Source: an uncultured cyanobacterium
GTDB lineage: Bacteria > Cyanobacteriota > Cyanobacteriia > Cyanobacteriales > CAWCAG01
Direction: 5' to 3'
Length of the DNA stretch: 64,000 nt
NCBI GenBank assembly: GCA_963803805.1
Contig: CAWDOD010000007.1
Coordinates: 160,001-224,000 of the forward strand
The translations under genes were made by a program, and so were the position numbers. Positions 50,333 through 61,103 of this stretch are shown piece after piece (the stretch's first letter is position 1; each line of letters starts with the position of its first letter). The notes below the pieces were generated by a model. That model had not been told where the DNA came from. It did no database searches and was given only the letters and a program-made list of their open reading frames with translations.

Positions 50333-51895
50333 ATGAATAACCCAAACTTGCCTCAAAACACACCAAAGTTTCGTGTTGTCCCCTCTAAAACGACCAAAAA
50401 ACCACAACCCCAAACTCCTCCTCCAGAACCTCAAGATAAACAAGTTGCAGAAGCAGTTAATTCTAATCAGGGTAGGAAAAAATTAGTTATTCTAGGGGGC
50501 ATCTGCTTGGGATTAGGAATTCTTGCTTTGATTCCCATACCTAATTATGTTACTGGCAAAGCGGAAATAACCTCCCGTGTTAATGCCCGACAACGCTTGA
50601 CAATGCCCGTTGATGGCATTGTGGAAATTAAGGTAGAAAGTAACGAAGAAGTGCAAAAAGGAGATGTTATTGCTACAATTGATAGTCCTGAATTAGATAA
50701 AGAAATTGCCCAAGCAAACCGTTCCCTCAAGGAAGCTAAAGGGGAACTAACGGCAGCTAAAAATCAATTAAGTTTGAGTAAAAGCCGCTTAAATCTCGCC
50801 CAGCAAGAAGAAGCGATCGCAACTTCTCAAGTAACTAGGGAACATCGACAGTATGGTGATGCCCCTAAGTTACGTCAATTTGATTATGAACAAGCCGGCA
50901 TACAGGAGGAGATTACAGGGGTACAGAGTGAGATAGTTGGTATTAACAGTCAAGTTGTTGCTACTAAAAATAAAATTGTCGGATTGCAAGGAGAAATTGC
51001 CGGTTTAACCCAACAGCTAAGTAATGTAGAAGAACGTATCCAAGCGAGAGAATATGTGTCAACTCAAGGAGGCTTAGCAAGATTAGATCAAGAAACGGCA
51101 GCTTTGAAGATACAAAGAACTGAGTTAAATAACGATATCAGCCAAAAACGCCACCAAATCATCAACCATGAACAAGAAATTGTCCAAATTCAAAGTCAAA
51201 TTAAACAACGGCAAAGTGTAATTGCTAGCAAGTCCAAAGATATTAATTCCCTATCTGAACGAAGCAAGGATGTTAATCACGAATTGGGAGATGATTTGAA
51301 TAGTTATGAAAATAGTTTAACTCTTAAAGCTGCTCAAAGAGACACTGCAACCAAAGATTTTGAGGCAACAGTAGCCCAGGTGAATAGTAAAACTCAGTTG
51401 GTAGAACAGTGGGAAGATGAGGTGGCAAGGTTAGAGGCACAAAAGAATAATTTGACCTTAATTGCCGAAACTCCAGGGACTGTAATTACCCAAGAGATAG
51501 ACTTAACCAGTAATAGTAGCCTCCAAGCAGGGGAAGATATTTTAGAAATAGCAGATTTGAAGCTTTTAGAGGCTAAGGTTGCAGTACGTCAAGAAGATCA
51601 TAACTTGGTTCAGGAAACCCAAACTGTTACCTTCCAACCCAAAGATGCTAAGAGTTCCCGTTACAAAGCTAAAGTGCAGGAGAAAGATTCTATCATCATC
51701 GTCGAAAATCCTGGAGAGAGTCCCAAGTTAGGAGTAAGAATCTTGATTGAGAATGATAATAAGTTACTGTTACCAGGGGGTGAAGGTTATGCCCATATTA
51801 AAACTGGCAAGATGCCTATTTATAAAAAAGTTAACCATGAGTTGAGTAAGTTAATTGATTTGGGTAAATATTTCCCTTGGTTAACTGGTGAATGA
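50333..51895 (+). CDS. HlyD-family membrane fusion protein with long coiled coil
   Basis: Single TM, lipoyl half-motifs (DGIV...VQKGDVIA; AETPGTV), about 270-aa coiled coil, LLPGGEGYAHI. ATG at 50333. Confidence 0.9.
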   Translation: MNNPNLPQNTPKFRVVPSKTTKKPQPQTPPPEPQDKQVAEAVNSNQGRKKLVILGGICLGLGILALIPIPNYVTGKAEITSRVNARQRLTMPVDGIVEIKVESNEEVQKGDVIATIDSPELDKEIAQANRSLKEAKGELTAAKNQLSLSKSRLNLAQQEEAIATSQVTREHRQYGDAPKLRQFDYEQAGIQEEITGVQSEIVGINSQVVATKNKIVGLQGEIAGLTQQLSNVEERIQAREYVSTQGGLARLDQETAALKIQRTELNNDISQKRHQIINHEQEIVQIQSQIKQRQSVIASKSKDINSLSERSKDVNHELGDDLNSYENSLTLKAAQRDTATKDFEATVAQVNSKTQLVEQWEDEVARLEAQKNNLTLIAETPGTVITQEIDLTSNSSLQAGEDILEIADLKLLEAKVAVRQEDHNLVQETQTVTFQPKDAKSSRYKAKVQEKDSIIIVENPGESPKLGVRILIENDNKLLLPGGEGYAHIKTGKMPIYKKVNHELSKLIDLGKYFPWLTGE

Positions 51896-52122
51896 AGTTT
51901 TTCACTTTCCTTAAGCTGTTAATGATATTAAACGAGCTGTTCGAGAACGAGCAAAATATCTCTTTTACTTAGCTATTAACGAATTTCTTGAATTTGACAA
52001 CTATAAATTACGATCTGCTGGTAAAAAGTGGGAAGTTTACGAACTAGGTGCTTCTCAAATTGATTTGTCACATCCCTACGAAAATTCAGTTCAAATAACA
52101 CACATTTTTATTGACGAACAAA

Positions 52123-52397
52123 ATAAAAAGAGTTCAAAAACATTTGAATCTTTCCCCCGGACAGGAAAAATTTCCAGAATGTTTGCGGAAAATTCTATCA
52201 GGGCTAACAAACATAATCTCTGGCCTGGCTACTTTGCGAAATACTATGAGTGATTCTCATGTTATATCCTATAAACCATTAAACCATCAGAGCATCACGC
52301 AAGGTTAGCTTTTAATTCGGCTAAAACACTTTGTTACTTTCTATTTGAAACGAAAGAGTATCAAGTGCAGAAGAAAAACGTATCATCTAATAGCTAG
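52123..52397 (+). pseudogene. Abortive-infection family (Abi_C, HEPN-like) C-terminal remnant
   Basis: KRVQKHLNL...ILSGLTNIISGLATLRNTMSDSHVISYKP/SEHHARLAFNSAKTLCYFLFETKEY once the 8-bp duplication TAAACCAT is removed. Confidence 0.75.
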
Positions 52398-52449
52398 AAG
52401 TTTATGGAAAAGCTTGGTAAAATGAATAATCACTCAAACAAAATTAGAA

Positions 52450-52914
52450 ATGGTTGCTCATTATTATTATTATTGCTGTTCCCTTCCCTTAGAATCTGGT
52501 AGTATTATAAAACCGGGAAATTGGGGAAGAATAATGAAAAAATATACTCCTCACACATCGCCAAACATTTTGACTTTGACAAGAGAGCTAATATTTGAAC
52601 AAGTAAGGTTTAAATATTTCTCAGGAAAGCCAAGCCGATTTGAGTCGATTTTTATCTGTCCTGATGAAGATACTATTATTAATTTTAGAAATACTTCTAA
52701 TAGAGTATTAGATATAATTTACAAAGTAGAATTGGTTGATAGTGACGAACCCCAGCACAGGGGAGACTATAATAGAGCGGCTGACATTAGATCAGATGAT
52801 AACTTTAAATCTATAGAAGAAAAAGCAAAAGATTACTGGCAGGGCAACGATATTTCAAATGTAGAACTAGTTACAACAAGTAGAATAAGAATAGTTGAAA
52901 TGACAAGAGAATAG
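52450..52914 (+). CDS. DUF2441-like protein
   Basis: RELIFEQVR...KPSRFESIF, IYKVE, AKDYWQG...ELV; AT-rich. Confidence 0.6.
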   Translation: MVAHYYYYCCSLPLESGSIIKPGNWGRIMKKYTPHTSPNILTLTRELIFEQVRFKYFSGKPSRFESIFICPDEDTIINFRNTSNRVLDIIYKVELVDSDEPQHRGDYNRAADIRSDDNFKSIEEKAKDYWQGNDISNVELVTTSRIRIVEMTRE

Positions 52915-53253
52915 TTGGCAATATGAGGAGCTATCAAAAAACGAATTGCTCAGCCTATTTTTTATTCATGCAGTAGTCGCTTTTTACTTTTAATGCAATT
53001 ACAACAAGACTATTAAAACAATCTCAAGATGCGAGTTTGTGGATAGTCATTAAATCTTTGGCGTTGGTCAATAAAGGTATGAAAACAAAAACTTAATGAT
53101 CTGAAGTATTTGCAATTCAACGGTTTGGTGATCGCCAGCAAATAACAATCATACTCAAAATTACCAACGCCAAATCTTTTAAGAGCTTCCTGAAAATGAT
53201 AATGTAAATCTTTCACCCTGAGCAGCAAACCAAAGACAAGCAAAAATATCTTC

Positions 53254-53384
53254 AGTCATCTTCAAGATGACTACCAACTCCTAGGATGTCCCTAAGAAAA
53301 AGTGCAACCCATTCATAAAAACTACCTCCTAGTCATCTGAAGATGACTTTTGCTATGAGGCGGCAAATTCATTTGTAGGCGGTA
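53254..53384. repeat. Palindromic REP/MITE-like element, copy 2 (left end missing)
   Basis: AGTCATCTTCAAGATGACT...CTCCTAGTCATCTGAAGATGACTT...GGCGGTA, collinear with 37428-37560. Confidence 0.8.
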
Positions 53385-53414
53385 TTTTAATAATAGAATT
53401 CCAAAATAATTGTT

Positions 53415-53547
53415 TATAGCAGTTCTCAAATTCATGAGGTACATTTGGTCTATTTCCATATTTCTACCAACCACTAGCTACTAGTCACTAGCAAAAGCGC
53501 AAAAACCAGAATCTATGCTGTACCTCACAAGTCTTAGAATTGCCATA
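53415..53547. mobile_element. MITE-like element with about 29-bp imperfect TIRs
   Basis: TATAGCAGTTCTCAAATTCATGAGGTACA / TGTACCTCACAAGTCTTAGAATTGCCATA; internal ACTAG heptamers. Confidence 0.65.
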
Positions 53548-53562
53548 TACCTAATTAATATA

Positions 53563-55704
53563 TTATCCCTTCTCTTCCTTCTTTAAACGTCGCCACCAAG
53601 CCCTAACTAAACTAATTTCCTCATAACTATAAAAATCCCCGATCGCCTCGCGAATCGCTTTCAAAGAATCTGCTCCCACTTTTTCAATCCCTACCATAAT
53701 TACCTCTTGCTTCTCCTTCACCACCAAACGCTGCAAATCCACAGGCTGATTTAACTCAATTAACTCACATAAATGGTTAACAATTGTCCGGGGGGTAAAA
53801 CCTCTTTTTTTCGCTATTTCTTCCACCTCTAAACCCTGTTGAAATAAACCTAATGTATTCATTTGTGTATCAGTAGGCAGGGCTTCCGGGGGTTGCTGTT
53901 CCTGACAAAAGGCGCGAATCTCTGAGACAAAGCGATCGCCATATTGCTTTAGCTTGTAATCCCCCACACCAGAAATCTTGCCAAACTCCGGTAAGGATTG
54001 GGGTTGCTTTTGCGCCATTAATTTTAAAGTAGAATCCCCAAAAACCACATAGGGAGGAATACCTTGATGATCGGCAATTTGTTTCCTTAATCGACGCAAG
54101 CGCCCAAATAGCAACTCCGCTTCCATTGTGCTGGGATTAGCATCTGTAAGCTCCTTGGAGGCTGGTTTTTTGGTGATGGCAATGTTTACCTGGCGTTGAC
54201 TCCGCAACACCTCCCAACTACGCTTATTTAACTTGAGGATGCGATAACCGTCGGTGGTTTGGTTAACTAAGCCTTGATGGAGAAGCGATCGCGCTAACAT
54301 TTTCCAAGCATCAGCCGTCTTATCTTTACCAATACCGTAGGTAGAAAGGAGGTGATGTCCGTATTGCTGCACCTTTTGTTTTTTGGAACCCCGCAACACA
54401 TCAATAATGTGGTTTGTACCAAACTTTTCTCGACACCGGGCTACACAGGAAAGAAATTTTTGTGCTTCAGTCGTCCAATTTTCAATAGGTTTGGGGTTGC
54501 GACAGTTATCGCAGTTGCCACAATCGCCTTTGAACCTTTCTCCAAAATAACCTAAAACAATCGTGCGGCGACAGTCTGTACCTTCAGCATAATCAATAAT
54601 CTGACTTAGTTGTTGTCGCGACACCCTCTGTTCATTGGGGTCTGGTTTTTGAGCAATCAGATAATCTATTCTGGGAATATCTCCAGGGCTGTAGAAAAAG
54701 AGACAATCTGCTGGTTCACCATCCCTACCTGCCCTGCCGGATTCTTGATAATAACCCTCTAAATTTCTGGGTAGATCGTAGTGGATGACAAAGCGCACAT
54801 CTGGTTTGTCAATACCCATACCAAAGGCGATGGTTGCCACCATAATTCTCACATCGTCCCGAATAAAGCGGGTTTGGTTGCTTGCGCGAGCCTCAGATTG
54901 CATTCCTGCATGGTAGGGCAGGGCTTCAATACCATCACTTTGTAAACGGTTAGCTGTTTCTTCTACTTGACGACGACTGAGACAATAAATTATTCCTGAA
55001 CCTTGGCGACTTTGCACTGCTTTTAATAACTGCCCATAGCTATTGCGCTGTTTCGGTTGTACTTCATAATAAAGGTTAGGACGATCAAAACTAGCAAGAT
55101 GGATGCTAGGTTCTTTTAAGCCAAGTTGCTGGACAATATCTTCTTTTACTCGCTTTGTTGCTGTGGCGGTGAGGGCAATAACAGGAATTTTGGGGTAACG
55201 CTTTCTCAAAAGCCGAAGCTGGCGGTATTCTGGCCGAAAATCATGACCCCATTCGGAAACGCAATGAGCTTCATCAATGGCAAATGCAGAGATACCTAAT
55301 TGCATAGATACTAAATCCAAAAAAGGCAGAAACCTCTCCCCCAATAACCTTTCCGGGGCAACATAAAGTAACTTGATCTTCCCTGCCAAAATTTCCTGTT
55401 CTCGCTCTCGTATTTCCCTACTGCTTAAACTACTATTAAGGAAAGTTGCTCCAATGCCGTTGTCATACAAGGTATCTACTTGGTCTTGCATCAAAGCAAT
55501 TAGGGGAGAAACCACCACACTTAAACCAGGTTTCAACAAGGCTGGTAACTGGAAACAAAGAGACTTCCCCCCCCCTGTGGGCATAATCACCAGTAAATCT
55601 CGATCTTGCAGTGCTTCTAGGACAATTTGACGCTGCCCTGGACGAAAATTCTCGTAACCGAAGTAATGTTTGAGGTCTTGCTCCAGAGATTGCAACTGGT
55701 ACAT
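53563..55704 (-). CDS. recQ: ATP-dependent DNA helicase RecQ
   Basis: [31 protein letters not shown], Zn/RQC domain, HRDC, C-terminal HTH. Confidence 0.97.
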   Translation of the reverse strand: MYQLQSLEQDLKHYFGYENFRPGQRQIVLEALQDRDLLVIMPTGGGKSLCFQLPALLKPGLSVVVSPLIALMQDQVDTLYDNGIGATFLNSSLSSREIREREQEILAGKIKLLYVAPERLLGERFLPFLDLVSMQLGISAFAIDEAHCVSEWGHDFRPEYRQLRLLRKRYPKIPVIALTATATKRVKEDIVQQLGLKEPSIHLASFDRPNLYYEVQPKQRNSYGQLLKAVQSRQGSGIIYCLSRRQVEETANRLQSDGIEALPYHAGMQSEARASNQTRFIRDDVRIMVATIAFGMGIDKPDVRFVIHYDLPRNLEGYYQESGRAGRDGEPADCLFFYSPGDIPRIDYLIAQKPDPNEQRVSRQQLSQIIDYAEGTDCRRTIVLGYFGERFKGDCGNCDNCRNPKPIENWTTEAQKFLSCVARCREKFGTNHIIDVLRGSKKQKVQQYGHHLLSTYGIGKDKTADAWKMLARSLLHQGLVNQTTDGYRILKLNKRSWEVLRSQRQVNIAITKKPASKELTDANPSTMEAELLFGRLRRLRKQIADHQGIPPYVVFGDSTLKLMAQKQPQSLPEFGKISGVGDYKLKQYGDRFVSEIRAFCQEQQPPEALPTDTQMNTLGLFQQGLEVEEIAKKRGFTPRTIVNHLCELIELNQPVDLQRLVVKEKQEVIMVGIEKVGADSLKAIREAIGDFYSYEEISLVRAWWRRLKKEEKG

Positions 55705-55911
55705 AGGAGATTTTTGCTCTGATGACTGGAGTTATTCTACCAAATTAAGACCTTGCTATTTAATTGTTATTATCTTGACCTCCTCCCACCGCCAAGCCCT
55801 CTATTCTTGGGGCTATGGTGGGGTTCACCTGCACGAAGATAGATAAAATTTTCTTCTTCTTTTTAATTTCAAGTGTCATTTTTCCCTATCATTTTCAGTA
55901 CAGCTTGAGAA

Positions 55912-57585
55912 TCAAATCTGTGAAAAACTGTAGATAGTTTGGGTTTCCAAATTGCCAAATAATTGGGAAGGTTTACTGGTTAAAGAAAAATGCTGTCTGT
56001 CTAACTTAATTTGTAAACTTGTCATCGGATCACAACTGGGGGCGATTAAAAACTCTAAACGTTTAATACTAGGCCAAGTAACGAGATGATCAAGTATTTG
56101 GGCGATCGCCTCCAAGTAAGGATGATTTTTATCTTGATACCAATTACTATCAGCTAGTTGAGGTTGATCAAAACCGAGATGAACAGTTAAATTTGGTTGG
56201 CTAAACAGGGCTAAAGCTACGGGTCTAGCTTCTTCTTGCAATAAGAGGTTATGGCATTGAGCTAAATAACGTAATTTCTCTAAACGTTCATAGCCTGCTG
56301 TAATAGGTAACATTTCATCTTGCCAGTCAAGGGCTACGGTGACTAAATAAGTTTGTAATAGTAAATGTCCCAGCTTGCTAGCTTTGGTAGCTAAGTAGGT
56401 AGAATTATAATCAGTAGACTCGATCAATAAAGGAACCCTATCGACAACTTCCAAACCATAACCTTTCAACCCCGCTATCTTACGAGGATTATTGGTAATC
56501 AAACGAATTTGCTTAACCCCCAAATCATTAAGAATTTGCGCCCCCATACCATAGTCTCGTAAGTCAGCAGGAAAACCCAAACGTTCATTAGCTTCTACGG
56601 TATCTAAACCCAAATCTTGTAAGGAGTAGGCTTTCAATTTGTTGATTAAGCCAATGCCTCGCCCTTCTTGACGCAAGTAAACTACCACCCCCACCCCCGC
56701 AGCTTCAATCATTTTCAAAGCAGATTGTAGTTGCCCCCGACAATCACAACGCAGGGAACCTAAAGCATCTCCGGTTAGGCATTCTGAGTGCATTCGCACC
56801 ATAATGGGATAGTCTTTAAACTGCACTGGATTACCCTTGACAATAGCCACGTGTTCTGTATCATCCAGGGCATTATGATAGGCGTAAATTTGGAAATCAC
56901 CAAAGAGAGTAGGGAGTTTAGTAACGGTTTCCCGAAAGACAAAGCGATCATGTTTTAAGCGGTAGCTAATTAAATCCGCAATGCTAATTAGTTTTAAATG
57001 ATGTTTTTGGGCATATTCTTTTAACTCTGGCAACCTCGCCATAGACCCATTAGGATTCTGGATTTCGCAAATCACCCCCGCAGGATATAACCCAGCTAAC
57101 CTGGCTAAATCAACTCCAGCTTCTGTATGTCCTGCCCTTTTCAACACCCCACCTTTACGGGCGCGGAGGGGAAAGATATGGCCAGGACGGCGTAAATCTT
57201 CAGAACGAGTAGCCGGGTTAATAGCGATTTGAATAGTTTTGGCCCGATCTTCGGCGGAAATACCTGTAGTTACTCCTAAGTTAGGGGCCGCATCAATACT
57301 AACAGTAAAAGCAGTTTGATTACTATCAGTATTTTTATTCACCATCAAAGGTAAATCTAGTTCATCAAGGCGATCCCCTGTCATAGCCAAGCAAATTAAG
57401 CCCCTGGCTTCCACAGCCATAAAATTGATGTTATCAGGGGTAGCAAATTGGGCGGCACAAATTAAGTCCCCTTCGTTTTCCCGATTTTCATCATCTACTA
57501 CCACAACAGAAAGCCCAGCTTTGATATCTGCTAGGGCAGAGTCAATAGAGTCAAATTTAAAAGAGTTATTTTGAGGCGATTCCAC
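55912..57585 (-). CDS. ribBA: Bifunctional DHBP synthase / GTP cyclohydrolase II
   Basis: DDENRENEGD, RAGHTE, HSECLTGD, CDC, QEGRGIGL, TNNPRK; cyanobacterial C-terminal extension. Confidence 0.97.
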   Translation of the reverse strand: MESPQNNSFKFDSIDSALADIKAGLSVVVVDDENRENEGDLICAAQFATPDNINFMAVEARGLICLAMTGDRLDELDLPLMVNKNTDSNQTAFTVSIDAAPNLGVTTGISAEDRAKTIQIAINPATRSEDLRRPGHIFPLRARKGGVLKRAGHTEAGVDLARLAGLYPAGVICEIQNPNGSMARLPELKEYAQKHHLKLISIADLISYRLKHDRFVFRETVTKLPTLFGDFQIYAYHNALDDTEHVAIVKGNPVQFKDYPIMVRMHSECLTGDALGSLRCDCRGQLQSALKMIEAAGVGVVVYLRQEGRGIGLINKLKAYSLQDLGLDTVEANERLGFPADLRDYGMGAQILNDLGVKQIRLITNNPRKIAGLKGYGLEVVDRVPLLIESTDYNSTYLATKASKLGHLLLQTYLVTVALDWQDEMLPITAGYERLEKLRYLAQCHNLLLQEEARPVALALFSQPNLTVHLGFDQPQLADSNWYQDKNHPYLEAIAQILDHLVTWPSIKRLEFLIAPSCDPMTSLQIKLDRQHFSLTSKPSQLFGNLETQTIYSFSQI

Positions 57586-57871
57586 TAGATAAAAATAAAA
57601 TAAGGGGAAGTAGGGGGGGAGTAGAAACAGAAAGTGAACGGTAATAGCATGGAGTCATGCAATAAGGTTCATTTATCATTTTATCTTCTCAAACCTAGGA
57701 TTATCTGAAACAAACTAATTAATTTCTCTCTTCCCTTCTCTGGTGCTTCCTACTCCCCACTCCCTACTTTTGAAAATTAAATACTCAAAAAGGCAGTTTT
57801 GGTACTAAAATGCAGCAGAGCAAGAGATTTAAGAGTAATAGCAGATCAAAGAGTACCTAGGGGTTAAGCTT

Positions 57872-58930
57872 ATGGTTGATTCAGAACGCCTGTCAGTAGG
57901 AATTGTCGGCGCTTCCGGTTATGGTGGCGTACAGCTTGTCCGACTCCTTAGCGATCATCCTCAAGTTGAGATTGTTTATTTAGGGGGAGATAGTAGCGCC
58001 GGCAAGTCTTTTGGTGATATTTATCCCCATTTAGAACATTGCTTTGATAAAACTATTGAAGCGGTTAACTTAGATGAAATAGCTTCCCGTTGTCAGGCAG
58101 TTTTCCTGGGTTTGCCTAATGGGCTAGCCTGCGATATCGCCCCGACGTTATTGGCCAAAGGTTGTCGCGTTTTGGATCTTTCAGCCGATTATCGCTTTGA
58201 TAACTTAGATACTTATAGTGCTTGGTATAAAAAAGAGCGCAGTGATTATGAAACGGCGGGTAAGGCGGTTTATGGCTTGCCGGAATTATACCGGGATAAG
58301 ATTCGTGGGGCGCAGTTAATTGGTTGTCCTGGTTGCTATCCTACCGCCAGTTTGCTTGCTCTTTCCCCTTTGTTGAAACAGGGTTTGATTTTGCCAGAAA
58401 CAGCTATTATTGACGCTAAATCCGGGACTTCTGGGGGAGGAAGACAGAAGAAAATCAACTTACTCTTAGCCGAGGCAGATAATTCTTTTGGGGCTTATGG
58501 AGTAGCCGGACACCGCCATACTCCTGAAATTGAAAGAATTTGTAGTGATTTAGCAGGGCATGAGGTTAGGGTACAATTTACTCCTCACCTGATTCCGATG
58601 GTACGAGGTATTCTTTCTACGGTATATGCCAATTTGCGAGATCCTGGATTAGTGCGAGATGACCTATTAACTATTTACAAGGCTTTTTATCGTAATTCTA
58701 ACTGTGTCAAGGTTTTACCTAATGGAGTTTATCCCCAAACTAAATGGGCTTATGGGACAAACCTTTGTTATATCGGTGTAGAAGTAGATCCTCGCACAGA
58801 TAGGGTGATTGTCATGTCAGCTATTGATAATTTAATCAAGGGTCAAGCAGGGCAGGCAGTGCAATGTCTGAATTTAATGATGGGTTGGGATGAGATGTTG
58901 GGGCTACCTAAGTTGGCTTTTTACCCTTGA
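57872..58930 (+). CDS. argC: N-acetyl-gamma-glutamyl-phosphate reductase
   Basis: [39 protein letters not shown]. Confidence 0.97.
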   Translation: MVDSERLSVGIVGASGYGGVQLVRLLSDHPQVEIVYLGGDSSAGKSFGDIYPHLEHCFDKTIEAVNLDEIASRCQAVFLGLPNGLACDIAPTLLAKGCRVLDLSADYRFDNLDTYSAWYKKERSDYETAGKAVYGLPELYRDKIRGAQLIGCPGCYPTASLLALSPLLKQGLILPETAIIDAKSGTSGGGRQKKINLLLAEADNSFGAYGVAGHRHTPEIERICSDLAGHEVRVQFTPHLIPMVRGILSTVYANLRDPGLVRDDLLTIYKAFYRNSNCVKVLPNGVYPQTKWAYGTNLCYIGVEVDPRTDRVIVMSAIDNLIKGQAGQAVQCLNLMMGWDEMLGLPKLAFYP

Positions 58931-58956
58931 TTTTGTTAATAGCTAGCTGCTAGCAA

Positions 58957-59831
58957 TTAGCGACTTTCCACCACCTGTAAACGTTGAGAAACAATAGTCA
59001 TACCGTCGCTGCGAATTAAGATGGCAGAAATCCAGCGACTACCTGTTTCTAAAGGGGCCCTACCTACTTTATAAATGCCTCCGCAGGTAGTAAATCTAAC
59101 TCAAACTGACTAGGATCAGTGTAGCGTTGTGGATTTACTCCTTCATCTAAAGCGATGCCTAAAAGGATGTCATCTCCTAAAGGTTCAGTGACAACAGCAT
59201 CAAAGAAAAATTGCCGCCCTGCCCTGACTGTTTGGGGTAAATTAATCTCAACTTGGGGAGGGTTATTTCCGGAGGTTAAAACAGTTTTCTCTTCTAAAAC
59301 ATCTTGACGGACAATTTGATTATTTTCCCAATATTGCCGCGATCGCAAAGTTGCTTCTAAGTTGGTGGTTTTTCCCTGAACAGCTTGAATACCGTTGATA
59401 TATGTAGTTGTTTCGACCACGATTTGATTGTTCTGCTGTTCCCAGGAATTAAGTTCTGTACGGTAACTTAGTTGGGGATAGCGTGTCCATAATTCATTGA
59501 TCCCCGCCATCAGATCAGCGCGATTTAAACCATCAGAATTGACAAAATTAGGGCTGTAAAACTGTTCTACTTGTTCAGCATTTTTAGTATTAGCCGACAT
59601 TTCCATTGTGGCAAGAAGTTCTTTAACTTCTTGAGGGGCGCTTTCTGGGCTATCGGCCCGGACAACCTCTGCTAAAGTTACGATTAAGCTTAAACTTAAG
59701 AGTAGAGAAAAAGACCAATTTAAGGGTGCAAAACGAAGTTTAGCTTTGCGTTGGCTTAATTTTTGTAGAGAATGGCTAGCAAAAGGTATTTGGGACATCA
59801 ATGATAGTTGGGATAATAGAACAATGGTCAT
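58957..59831 (-). CDS. Exported NTF2/SnoaL-like protein, frameshifted near 59082
   Basis: YSPNFVNSDGL NTF2-like domain. After LDLLPA the shifted frame reads GGIYKVGRAPLETGSRWISAILIRSDGMTIVSQRLQVVESR*. Start codon uncertain. Confidence 0.75.
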
Positions 59832-59871
59832 TGGTCGTTTATGTAGAGTTGAATTTTAACAGATAAAGCTT

Positions 59872-60957
59872 GTGTCTAAAGCACCGATTCGATTATTAAT
59901 AGCTGCTAGTGGTACGGGTGGGCATTTATTCCCCGCCGTGGCTGTGGCAGAACAGTTGAGAGATTACAAAATTGAGTGGCTTGGAGTACCAGATCGTTTG
60001 GAAACAACTTTAGTTCCTAAACAATATCCTCTCCATACTATAGCTGTTACAGGTTTTCAAAAGGGGCTGAGTTTGAGTAGTTTGGGTATTTTCCAGAAAC
60101 TGGCTTTTTCAGTTTTGGAGGTACGACGTTTATTAAAAACACGCCAATTTGATGCTGTTTTTACTACCGGAGGTTATATTGCCGGACCAACAATTATGGC
60201 AGCCCGTTTAGCCGGTGTACCAGTTATTCTCCACGAATCCAATGCTATCCCTGGTAAAGTGACTCGTTTGTTTGGCCCTTTTTGCGATCGCGTGGCTTTG
60301 GGTTTTGCGGATGCTGCTTCTTTTTTAAGTCGTTCTCGCACAGTTTGGGTAAGCACCCCGGTTAGGGAAAATTTTCATACCCATCAAGAATTAGATTTAC
60401 CAATTCCTAAATCTATTCCTGTGATTGTGGTGGTGGGAGGTTCCCAAGGGGCCGTAGCCCTTAATCAAATGGTACGCCAATGCGCTCCTATTTGGTTCAA
60501 AACTGGGGCAATGGTAGTTCACCTCACCGGAAAACAAGACCCCGATGCCGATAGTTTACAGCATCCTCAATATCTTGCTTTACCTTTTTATGACAACATG
60601 GCAGCCCTGTTACAAAGGGCTGATTTAGCCATTAGTCGCGCTGGGGCAGGAACTTTAACGGAGTTAGCGGTGACTAAGACACCAGCTATTTTAGTTCCTT
60701 ATCCCTATGCAGCAGAAGACCACCAAGCTTATAATGCTAAGGTGTTTGCTAAAGCTGAGGCAGCTTATGTTTATGATCAAGCTACTTTAACCCCCCAGAA
60801 GTTGGCAGATCGGGTATTAAGCTTGCTAGAGTCCCCGGAAAAGTTAGAGGAGATGGGACGAAAAGCAGAAACTTTGGCTGTGAAAGATAGTGCGGAGAAG
60901 TTGGCTTATTTGTTGCGTTCTGTGGTTAAGGAGAAAAGGGAAAAGGTTAAGGGGTAA
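59872..60957 (+). CDS. murG: MurG N-acetylglucosaminyltransferase
   Basis: SGTGGHLFP, GGY, HESN, GGSQGA, SRAGAGT, HQ..NA. Confidence 0.97.
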   Translation: MSKAPIRLLIAASGTGGHLFPAVAVAEQLRDYKIEWLGVPDRLETTLVPKQYPLHTIAVTGFQKGLSLSSLGIFQKLAFSVLEVRRLLKTRQFDAVFTTGGYIAGPTIMAARLAGVPVILHESNAIPGKVTRLFGPFCDRVALGFADAASFLSRSRTVWVSTPVRENFHTHQELDLPIPKSIPVIVVVGGSQGAVALNQMVRQCAPIWFKTGAMVVHLTGKQDPDADSLQHPQYLALPFYDNMAALLQRADLAISRAGAGTLTELAVTKTPAILVPYPYAAEDHQAYNAKVFAKAEAAYVYDQATLTPQKLADRVLSLLESPEKLEEMGRKAETLAVKDSAEKLAYLLRSVVKEKREKVKG

Positions 60958-60964
60958 AGGGCAA

Positions 60965-61047
60965 CTAGTAGTCTGTCAATTGGAAATTTAAGGATTAGGG
61001 GTCAGTAATCCTTGTAACCCCAAAATTATAGGCTGACACACTACTAG
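60965..61047. mobile_element. Small MITE-like inverted repeat
   Basis: CTAGTAGTCTGTCA / TGACACACTACTAG. A related lone end TTGACACACCACTAG lies at about 19848-19862. Confidence 0.6.
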
Positions 61048-61103
61048 CAACTAGCGATTAACAAATGGAACAATTCCCTAGCTGCAAATATCTATGTTAA
61101 CAG

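Noticed and set aside
53013-53243. 76-aa minus-strand ORF
   Set aside because: TTG start, no recognisable motif, in a degenerate AT-rich region next to repeats.
55778-55826. Hairpin CCCACC...GGTGGG resembling an IS200/IS605 end
   Set aside because: No associated tnpA/tnpB sequence. It could equally be a terminator for ribBA, so it is not called.
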